DNA from: Limisphaerales bacterium | Lineage (GTDB): Bacteria > Verrucomicrobiota > Verrucomicrobiia > Limisphaerales > JAJOIW01 | Assembly (NCBI GenBank): GCA_965657355.1 | Contig: CBFHOE010000001.1 | Span: 180,118-193,605 of the forward strand | Length of the DNA: 13,488 nt | Direction of reading: 5' to 3' | In this document: piece after piece, positions 1-7,567 of the stretch | Numbering within the stretch: position 1 is the first letter of the stretch | Layout of the letters: each line of letters begins with the position of its first letter | The notes under the pieces: generated by a model | Told to the model about the DNA's origin: nothing | What the model saw: the letters and a program-made list of their open reading frames with translations, nothing else | The model's database searches: none | Program-made: the position numbers and the translations under genes

Positions 1-495
1 ATTTTTTGCCCAACTGACGAGTGGCATAGAGAAGCTGACCTTTGGAGGAATAATGATCCATCAAGCCATTTAAAACCAATATTGACTGGTTTTTTTTACC
101 TTCCACACCGAAGGACTCATAGCGCAAATTACAGGGTCAATGGGGTTCAGCATTGGGTCACCAGAAAAAAGATGGGAGGGCCCTTCAAAGAAGCTCCCGT
201 GATGATGGATAGACTACAAGGTCAAGGTAGTTGGTCCCCCATGGCCAATAGAGGAAATATTAATTGGACTGTGAGTAGTGGCGGTAAAAATATTCCCACA
301 GCAGTCCATCGGGATAAAAACGGGGCACCAACGGGTGGGAACTTTCTTTTCGAAGATGGTCATGTTTCGTGGTATAGGTTTAATGCGGCTGATGCTCGAA
401 ATACTGTTGATCTTGGAGCAACGGTCGGCAATTGGCTGTGCTTTTATAAAATAAGAGTCCCAGGCAAAGCTGGTATAGATAATATAAGACCTTAA
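1..495 (+). CDS. C-terminal part of a prepilin-type / DUF1559-like protein with H-X9-DG C-terminal motif (5' end lies outside the window)
   Basis: Frame 1 is open from base 1 (IFCPTDEWHREADLWRNNDPSSHLKPILTG...), so the TTG at 82 is not the real start. It contains the CPxD motif and HRDKNGAPTGGNFLFEDGHV, matching the H...GGNxxFxDGHV signature of PVC prepilin-like proteins. Stop TAA at 493-495. Confidence 0.85.
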   Translation: MFCPTDEWHREADLWRNNDPSSHLKPILTGFFYLPHRRTHSANYRVNGVQHWVTRKKMGGPFKEAPVMMDRLQGQGSWSPMANRGNINWTVSSGGKNIPTAVHRDKNGAPTGGNFLFEDGHVSWYRFNAADARNTVDLGATVGNWLCFYKIRVPGKAGIDNIRP

Positions 496-1005
496 ATACC
501 TCTAAATCCATTGGTCGATAATCCATGACGTCAATTTAATGACTAGCCCATTCTCGACAACGATGCGGCTCATTCGATTCAATACGCAAATTGAGCTTCG
601 AATCTTTTGTTGCAGGAAAAGTCGTATCTTAAAGGCAAATATTGAATATAACTAATCCTAGAGATCCATTTGTGATGGAATTATTTTTGTCATAATGACT
701 GCATGTAATGGCTCCTACTTGCCATTAAGTCCTATATCAACATTTCGAAAAAATTTAAGTGAGAGACTAACAAACCCCCATGCATATTGAGTCATGTGTA
801 AAAACACTCACTGATTGGAATTAATAAAATTTTTGAAAACCCTCATGCAAGAGACGTGGTTTGTTCAATGCGCTTTTATTTTAACCTGTTCTCAAACAAG
901 AAATACTCGCGGCTGGACATGTTGGTAGAAGTATATACTGACTATTACCATTTCTTGCATCTATGAAAGATTCAGGGAGCCTTGAATTAGCAGTCGATGG
1001 AGACC

Positions 1006-2943
1006 TTATGACTCTTCAAAGAATGTAATGGAATACGGATCCAAATCGAGATGAATCTTGCCGCCTTTTGATTCAATGCTTTCCCCTTGATTTTTATCCC
1101 AATCTTCAGGTGCATTCATTAGGTCTAGAATATTATTTTGGTTTAGGCTTTTCATCGACCCTGCACATGTTCCTGTTTTTACTTTTATGCTGTTATTCTC
1201 CGCGGTGAAATTACTTATTATTATTGTTCTTTTATTTGAACTATCGAGGAGTGTTATTCCTTGAGTTTGCCATGGGTGGCTCGAAATAGTTTTTAAAGCT
1301 TTTCTTGCGGATAAAAATGATTTGAATACGAAGTACATGGGGTAGGGCGCCCCTGCTATTGTTTTGAAAGAGGGCGGTATTGATTGAGTTGCCTCTGGTG
1401 CTAAAATGCCTCTAAGACCGGAGGTTTCATAGTATGTGATTGAGTGGGTGTTGTTTGTTTCAATAAGTTTCGCAAGACTTCCGAGTGTCCAAGCCGCCCC
1501 AAAGAGTGAGGGGTGGCGTGAGTCCCACTCCTTTTCAGATTGAGATTTATCATATAATGCTCTCGCCCCTGGATATCTATGGAGATGAACAGAGGCCACC
1601 ATTGGAGATTGAGGCCACCAGTCTTGTAAACATTCCACTCCACGACATTGACCTGTTAAGTTTTCAACCAATGTCAAATTGTCGAATGCGTGAACTTGAG
1701 GGCATATTCCGTAAACAGGGTGAAGCTGGCTCTTAGACAAATGACGGTTTGCATTTACCTGAGCAAAGTCTTTATCTGAACCCACTCCGAATTGACTATC
1801 AGGAAAGTAATTCGAAAGAGACTGCTTGATGTTTTCTATAGTTTCTTCGGATAAAACTTTTCCTTTCATCCCGATTAATTGGATAGCTTTTGGTGTGATA
1901 CCTAATTTTTCGCATTCATTCTTAAGTTCTGAAAGGTGGTGATCCTGTGGGGATTCTTCAGAAAGAGCAATATGAACTGGAAGGTTCAAAGTTTGAGCCT
2001 GAGCTGCCAATTTCTCAAGATGCACTTTCCAGTGATCGTTTTCTGGTAGCAAGTCGGCTCTTAGATGCGAAAGGTTCAGTTTTTTAAGCAAGTCGGCTTG
2101 CCTGCCGGAGAGATCATCTGCAAATGGACCGACATTAAGGCCAACAGGCGGTAGCGATAGAACAGGTGTTGTGCTGATGTTAAATTGAGGTGCCCGTCCA
2201 ATTATAATTGGGAAGATTCTTTTAGTCTCTCCGATAAGTTCCATCCTTATGGACTGACTTATCATGTCACCTTTTTTCACATTAACGGGTCTTGGGAGCG
2301 AAGCGGGGGTGCAATATGTTTTGTATGAAGCATCTGTCCAATTTCTTTGATCTTCCATCTCAAAAGTATCACCTTTGAAAGTAAACTTCACTTGCACACC
2401 TGGTGCTGCTTCATAATTTAAGGCATTTATATCAACAACTGGCTCAGGGGCAATCGGTGCAACCGATTGAGAAAATTTTGTTTCTTCCCGAGAGCCATCG
2501 GAATGAGTGACGTTAAGTGATTTTCCAGCACACTCGTTTTCAGGATGGAGGAGGCACAATCCCAGTCTCATTCTTTCAAAATCGGTTTGCGCTGTTCCGG
2601 TAAAAGCATACATAATAGATCCAGTTTCGTCCCCTGATATGGTGCCTGCCCACTGAAATTCAGCATCATTCATTTTATTGATGCAATTAAACTGAATTTC
2701 AAAGGAGTCCATACCAATATCGGAATGGGTAATTTCTAGTTCTATTGGTAGCGTCTTCCAGCGATTGTCCCTGACTGCCATGTAAATCCCACGAATCAAC
2801 TCATGGTCACCCAAGCGTATCTGTCTTAAAAAGCCAATGTTAGGATCGAAGATTCCCTTGACCGGTCCGGCTGAAAATTCAATCACTTCTTTTTCTTTTT
2901 CTCTTCCTGTCAGTAAGTCTTTAGATGTCCACTTGCTAGTCAT
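1006..2943 (-). CDS. D-apionate lactonase (ApnL)-like protein, 645 aa
   Basis: Length, N-terminal LRQIRLGDHELIRGIYMAVRDNRW, the motif FEMEDQRNWTDASYKTY (nt 2314-2364), central PQVHAFDNLTLVENL and SLFGAAWTLGS all resemble the ApnL family as I recall it. No signal peptide. Substrate is not established. Confidence 0.7.
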   Translation of the reverse strand: MTSKWTSKDLLTGREKEKEVIEFSAGPVKGIFDPNIGFLRQIRLGDHELIRGIYMAVRDNRWKTLPIELEITHSDIGMDSFEIQFNCINKMNDAEFQWAGTISGDETGSIMYAFTGTAQTDFERMRLGLCLLHPENECAGKSLNVTHSDGSREETKFSQSVAPIAPEPVVDINALNYEAAPGVQVKFTFKGDTFEMEDQRNWTDASYKTYCTPASLPRPVNVKKGDMISQSIRMELIGETKRIFPIIIGRAPQFNISTTPVLSLPPVGLNVGPFADDLSGRQADLLKKLNLSHLRADLLPENDHWKVHLEKLAAQAQTLNLPVHIALSEESPQDHHLSELKNECEKLGITPKAIQLIGMKGKVLSEETIENIKQSLSNYFPDSQFGVGSDKDFAQVNANRHLSKSQLHPVYGICPQVHAFDNLTLVENLTGQCRGVECLQDWWPQSPMVASVHLHRYPGARALYDKSQSEKEWDSRHPSLFGAAWTLGSLAKLIETNNTHSITYYETSGLRGILAPEATQSIPPSFKTIAGAPYPMYFVFKSFLSARKALKTISSHPWQTQGITLLDSSNKRTIIISNFTAENNSIKVKTGTCAGSMKSLNQNNILDLMNAPEDWDKNQGESIESKGGKIHLDLDPYSITFFEES

Positions 2944-3244
2944 GCCGCGGAATCATAACCACGGGTTAATCGAGTTGACAAGGATACTAACAACAAGAAT
3001 TCTTAACACTCGTTTATTATTCGAGGACACTTAATTGATACACAAAACGAGAGGAGATTTATTCAACATGGACAACGGTCATTGCCACAAGGTAGGTCAG
3101 AATAGGTTTATATGATTTCCGTCTAGCAAAGAACATTATGACCATCAATGTGGAGTCCTTCCATCGATAGTCAGGGCAAAATCACTAAATCGAGTCGAGG
3201 GCAGGTCAAAGGTGAGTCTTGCTCTCAAAACTTAATGGATAAGT

Positions 3245-4009
3245 TTACATCTCTTTGTGATTCAGAAACCCAAAGGAGTTTAGAAATACTTCTTTTCCTG
3301 CTTTAATAATGACCTTCTTCTTTTGGAATGGATCGACATATGAAAGACGTGTCGCCCTCAATCCAAAAAAATAAGGGGAGCCTTTAGCTTTAGATTTTCC
3401 TCTTAGCTTATTTTTTTTCTTGAGCTTTGAATATAAGGGGTCACCAGTGATTGGTATCCCTGAGTGTGCAAGGTGAACTCTGATTTGGTGCGTCCTTCCA
3501 GTGTGTGGAATAGCTTGAATCAGGCTGCGATTTTCGTTTTGTGCCAATACTTTAAATTCGGTATACGATACCTTCCCGCCTTTACTTACGACTTTCCATT
3601 TTGGTGGGTCATCTGGATCTTTATCCATCATGACTTCGACATTCCAAGATTGTCTTTTAGGTGCTCCGTCAACGATCGCCAGATATTCTTTCTCCACCTT
3701 TCCGGCTTCGAAAAGTTTGCTCAATGGGGCTATGGCACCCTGGGACTTTGATAGTAGCAACACGCCGCTGGTGATAGAATCAAGCCTATGGATAAATCTT
3801 AAAAATTTTAGGTTTCTTGATTTGGCCCAGAATTCTCGATGGTAAATGGCACTTTCAAAGAAAAGTTGAATATTGTTTTCTTGTTGAGCCTGCCAGTTGG
3901 CTGAAACGATCCATCCAGGGGGCTTATCTATGGCGATTGCTGAACGGTTTTCGAAGATAATAGGCATCTCGTCCCCGTCAGGCAGCGGTATAATTAGGGG
4001 CTTTGCCAT
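3245..4009 (-). CDS. RluA-family RNA pseudouridine synthase, 254 aa, no S4 domain
   Basis: Motif I IDKPPG, catalytic motif II HRLDSITSG, KEYLA, TGRTHQIRVH and GDPLY. Confidence 0.95.
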   Translation of the reverse strand: MAKPLIIPLPDGDEMPIIFENRSAIAIDKPPGWIVSANWQAQQENNIQLFFESAIYHREFWAKSRNLKFLRFIHRLDSITSGVLLLSKSQGAIAPLSKLFEAGKVEKEYLAIVDGAPKRQSWNVEVMMDKDPDDPPKWKVVSKGGKVSYTEFKVLAQNENRSLIQAIPHTGRTHQIRVHLAHSGIPITGDPLYSKLKKKNKLRGKSKAKGSPYFFGLRATRLSYVDPFQKKKVIIKAGKEVFLNSFGFLNHKEM

Positions 4010-4085
4010 TAGTTCGGTCTAAACCCCACCATTAGTTGCATGATCATTTATTTTTATTTAATCCACAGCACTCATGAGAAACCAT

Positions 4086-5033
4086 CTATTTCTCGAGCTC
4101 ATTCCATTCGGCTACAACTTTTTCAACTTTATCTAAGTTCCAATGACCGCGTGACCAATTTTTAGGTTTCGCGTCTGATTGGTTGCGGTAGATCTCAGTC
4201 ATGGTTACAGGATTTGAGCGAACGCCATTCTCAGGAACCTCTAAGCCAGCACACCAGACAATGGCATTTAAAAGAGTCTGGCGATATTCTGGGTGCGCCC
4301 AATTCCAGTGGTTATGTCCTCCAGTGAAACCAAAACCTCTTCCTTTACCTGGTCTTTGAAAGGCCCATCCAACATGCTGAGGAAGTTTCTTTTCCAATAC
4401 GTCGCGGCGGACACCTGGGTTTCCTGAGTGCGGCCCATCTTTTCTATTGAGGGTTTCCTTGCCTGGTAGAGCACTTAGTATCGGTGTGACGCCTTTCATT
4501 CCGTCAGTGAATCTCATGTGGTAATACCATTCATCCCAGATTTCAAATGGTTCGAGGCCTCTTGCGACGGGGTGGTCTGGGAACTTTTTAAACTCAGCTT
4601 TCCAATGTGGGTTGACACTCCAGAATGTTTCGAAATACCCGCCCATCCACTCAAGCATTCTGTCACCAGGGTCGCCTTTTGGAATTTCAACAGCGTAGTG
4701 GATACAAATTAAACCAGCGCCTTTTTTCATCATGGAGCTCACTAATTCCACATTTTTGTTGAGCAAGTGTCTTCCGCCACCCGTGCAGTAAACAACGAGA
4801 ACATCAGCTTCTTCTATGATTGACTTATCTTCAGGCCATCCCGGTCCAATAACCGTGGTGGAAACTGGTTGTCCGCTTTCAAGGAGGGCTTTTGCGAGAA
4901 CTAGCGAACCTGCTCGGTGTTCGTGAGACATGTAGCCGTGACTTTTAGGGCCGTTCAGGAAAACAATTTTTTTCTGTGCCATTGCGGGCAGCGATACAAA
5001 TAATGTTGCTAAAATGACAATTAAATATCTCAT
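4086..5033 (-). CDS. Secreted ThuA-like (trehalose utilisation, class I GATase-like fold) domain protein, 315 aa
   Basis: Sec signal peptide (MRY, hydrophobic core, AMA|QKK); GPKSHG...HEH; GAGLICIHYA; HPVARGLEPFEIWDEWYYHMRF; GRGFGFTGGH; LLNAIVW. Confidence 0.88.
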   Translation of the reverse strand: MRYLIVILATLFVSLPAMAQKKIVFLNGPKSHGYMSHEHRAGSLVLAKALLESGQPVSTTVIGPGWPEDKSIIEEADVLVVYCTGGGRHLLNKNVELVSSMMKKGAGLICIHYAVEIPKGDPGDRMLEWMGGYFETFWSVNPHWKAEFKKFPDHPVARGLEPFEIWDEWYYHMRFTDGMKGVTPILSALPGKETLNRKDGPHSGNPGVRRDVLEKKLPQHVGWAFQRPGKGRGFGFTGGHNHWNWAHPEYRQTLLNAIVWCAGLEVPENGVRSNPVTMTEIYRNQSDAKPKNWSRGHWNLDKVEKVVAEWNELEK

Positions 5034-5096
5034 AAATTATCCAGTTGATGTGTCGATCTTAATGTTTTTTTTTAAATTTTCCAGACTTACTATTTA

Positions 5097-6065
5097 TTAG
5101 ACGGGGACACCGGCTGATCTTCTAATTGCGTCTAGCGTTCGCATATTCTCGATAGTATCGTGTTTAGAAATCCAAGCCTTCTGATCCCCTCGAACTGTAG
5201 CCGCAAAGTGGTCAGCTTCGAGGGCATATAAACCCGAAATAGGATCCATTTCAATGATCTCGGGATCTTTGCCGTAAATTTCAAGATTTATTGGATTTTC
5301 ACCGAACCAAGGGCCATCTACTGAGAGTCGCCCCTTAGTTCCGGCAAAATAAGTTCCCATATCCGATTCAATCGTCATTCCTGAGGTAAAGGTGGCTAAG
5401 GTATTTGGCCCAAATTTCAACCATCCAGCAGCGTAATCATCAACTCCATACTCATGGATATGAGCGGTAGCGTTTATTTCTGTAGGTTCAGAGCCCAAGG
5501 CATTTCTTATGAGATTCATGCTGTAGCAACCGACATCCATGATGGAACCTCCACCCTTGTCTGGATGATACCTTGCGTCTTCCTGGGAAGCCTCCCTGGA
5601 AAAAGAGAAATTTGAACGCACCAGCTTAATATCACCCAAGACGCCACTTCTCACAATCTCGATAATTTTTTTTGCCAGAGGAGTGCATCTATACATAAAA
5701 GCTTCAACCAGAACTTGCCCGGTTTGTTCACTGGCTGCGAACATGTCCTCTGCCTCCAGCCTATCGAGTCCAATTGGTTTTTCACAAAGAACATGTTTTC
5801 CTGCCTCCATTGACGCGATAGCCCACTCTTTATGCAGGTGGTTGGGTAGTGAGATATAAACAGCTTCGACTTCTCTGTTCAGCAAAAGCTCCTTGTAACC
5901 CCTAACACCAATTCCACCAAAGGTATCTGCAAACCTTTCAGCGGTTGCTTCGCCTCTTGAAGCAGTTGCGACGAGCTTTCCTGTATGGCTCTTAGGTAGG
6001 TCCTCAGCAAATTTTTTTGCTATCATCCCAGTTCCCATGATGCCCCATTTCAATTTCTGACTCAT
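5097..6065 (-). CDS. Gfo/Idh/MocA family NAD(P)-dependent oxidoreductase, 322 aa, cytoplasmic
   Basis: Rossmann start KWGIMGTGMIA, VYISLPNHLH, GKHVLCEKP, EAFMYR and GGGSIMDVGCY. No signal peptide. Confidence 0.93.
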   Translation of the reverse strand: MSQKLKWGIMGTGMIAKKFAEDLPKSHTGKLVATASRGEATAERFADTFGGIGVRGYKELLLNREVEAVYISLPNHLHKEWAIASMEAGKHVLCEKPIGLDRLEAEDMFAASEQTGQVLVEAFMYRCTPLAKKIIEIVRSGVLGDIKLVRSNFSFSREASQEDARYHPDKGGGSIMDVGCYSMNLIRNALGSEPTEINATAHIHEYGVDDYAAGWLKFGPNTLATFTSGMTIESDMGTYFAGTKGRLSVDGPWFGENPINLEIYGKDPEIIEMDPISGLYALEADHFAATVRGDQKAWISKHDTIENMRTLDAIRRSAGVPV

Positions 6066-6165
6066 TGGGTTATTATGCTTAGATTAGATTTTAAGTCGAA
6101 TTGAAAGAGGCTGATGTGTGTTGAATTGGTTTGAAATTATCTCCAGAAAATTTGATAGTGACCAT

Positions 6166-7407
6166 ATGAATCACAACTTCCCTAAACATGAAAAATTTGG
6201 GCCTGCTCAAATGGGTGTTTTATACACCCTTGCCTTGGTGTTTTCTCTCCTTGCATTTCCCAATCAATCCCATGCACAGAAATGGATGCCTTTGTTTGAT
6301 GGGGAATCCATGAAAGGGTGGACGGTGAAGGGCGGCAATGCCATATACGAAGTCGAGGACCAAGCCATCGTCGGTAAAACAGTCAAAGGAGGCCCAAATA
6401 CCTTTCTCTGTACAACCAAGAAATTTAGTGATTTTATATTAGAGCTCGAATTTAAAGCGGATCCAGGAATTAACTCAGGAGTTCAAATAAGAAGTGAAAG
6501 CCGATCCGAAGAGCTGGGCGGGATTGTCTACGGGTATCAGGTAGAAATAGATACATCCAAGCGTGCCTGGTCAGGTGGAATCTATGATGAATCTCGCCGT
6601 GGTTGGATCAACAACTTGAGAGATAACCCAGATGCTAGAGCTGCTTTTAAACCCGGAGAATGGAATCATTATAGAATCCATTGTTTTGGGGACCATATCA
6701 GAACTTGGATCAACGGGGTGCCTGCCGCAGATCTTAGAGACTCGGAAACGTTATCTGGATTTATTGCACTGCAGGTGCATGGAACCCAAAGCGAGAAGCA
6801 GCACCAAGTGAGTTGGCGCAATATTAAAATCTTAGAACTCGGCCATTCAGATTGGGCTCCCCTGTTTAACGGTGACAATTTGGACGGTTGGAATCCTCTT
6901 CCAGGAGGGCAATGGGAGGTTGTTGACAATACTATTCATGGCACCAGCGTCGTGAGTGAAAAAAGGCACGGGATTCTCCTTAGTGATGATATTTTCCACG
7001 ACTTTACAGTAAGATTCAGCTTCAAAGTGAATAAAGGAGATAGTGGGTTTTATTTTAGAACACAGAGGGTTGACGGTAACGTGAGTGTCAAAGGATTTCA
7101 AATCGAGGTGGATACTACATTTGAAACTGGCGGACTCTACGAGACCGGTGGTCGGGCCTGGGTTGTCAAACACGACGCTAAAAAGGCTCATAGCGGCTAC
7201 AAACAAGGAGAATGGAATACAATGACGCTTTCCGCTCACGGCAGAGATGTCACCGTTCATCTCAATGGAAAAAAGACGGCTGAACTCAAAAATGATAAAG
7301 GCAGGACAAATGGGCATTTTGGACTGCAACTTCACGGCTCTCAGGATATGGACGTCTACTACAGGGATATCCACGTTTTGCGTCATTTTCCGATGAATTG
7401 GGAATAG
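6166..7407 (+). CDS. Secreted protein with two tandem DUF1080 (3-keto-glycoside hydrolase/hydratase-like) domains
   Basis: Domain 1: WMPLFDGESMKGW...FSDFILELEFK...NSGVQIRS...GYQVEI...GEWNHYRI...GFIALQVH...WRNIKI. Domain 2: WAPLFNGDNLDGW...DFTVRFSFK...DSGFYFR...GFQIEV...GEWNTMTL...GHFGLQLH...YRDIHV. Signal peptide ends SHA|QK. ATG 6166 is preferred over GTG 6118; ATG 6211 is also possible. Confidence 0.92.
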   Translation: MNHNFPKHEKFGPAQMGVLYTLALVFSLLAFPNQSHAQKWMPLFDGESMKGWTVKGGNAIYEVEDQAIVGKTVKGGPNTFLCTTKKFSDFILELEFKADPGINSGVQIRSESRSEELGGIVYGYQVEIDTSKRAWSGGIYDESRRGWINNLRDNPDARAAFKPGEWNHYRIHCFGDHIRTWINGVPAADLRDSETLSGFIALQVHGTQSEKQHQVSWRNIKILELGHSDWAPLFNGDNLDGWNPLPGGQWEVVDNTIHGTSVVSEKRHGILLSDDIFHDFTVRFSFKVNKGDSGFYFRTQRVDGNVSVKGFQIEVDTTFETGGLYETGGRAWVVKHDAKKAHSGYKQGEWNTMTLSAHGRDVTVHLNGKKTAELKNDKGRTNGHFGLQLHGSQDMDVYYRDIHVLRHFPMNWE

Positions 7408-7567
7408 TGCAGAAGTATTAGATTTCTCCTTCGACAGAGCTCCAACGGCTAATTTTTCATCACTGCCATGTTCCGTCGATGAAATCAATTTTCAGAATAT
7501 ATTTTGCAATCCGTTACGCCTCAGGTAATTGATTGATATTTAGCGACAAAAATACAAAATTAGCAAA

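Noticed and set aside
539..655. 38-aa + strand ORF (MTSPFSTTMRLIRF...) in the first intergenic gap
   Set aside because: No ribosome-binding site or motif, and the length is expected by chance.
3072..3087. Minus-strand TGGCAATGACCGTTGT as a sigma-54 promoter for the ApnL-like gene
   Set aside because: Spacing is one base too long for TGGCAC-N5-TTGC and the -12 GC is GT.
5065..5073. T9 homopolymer between the Gfo and ThuA genes as a phase-variation tract
   Set aside because: A/T runs of 7-9 nt are common across this window and no frame is disrupted.
7431..7479. TCGACAGAGC...GTTCCGTCGA inverted repeat after the DUF1080 gene as a terminator
   Set aside because: Mismatched stem, long loop and no adjacent U-tract.
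6847..7488. 213-aa minus-strand ORF
   Set aside because: It lies mostly antisense to the well-supported DUF1080 gene and has no recognisable motif; treated as a shadow ORF.
7492..7509. TTCAGAATATATTTTGCA as a sigma-54 promoter upstream of DUF1552
   Set aside because: The -12 TTGCA is good, but the near-invariant -24 GG is AG.
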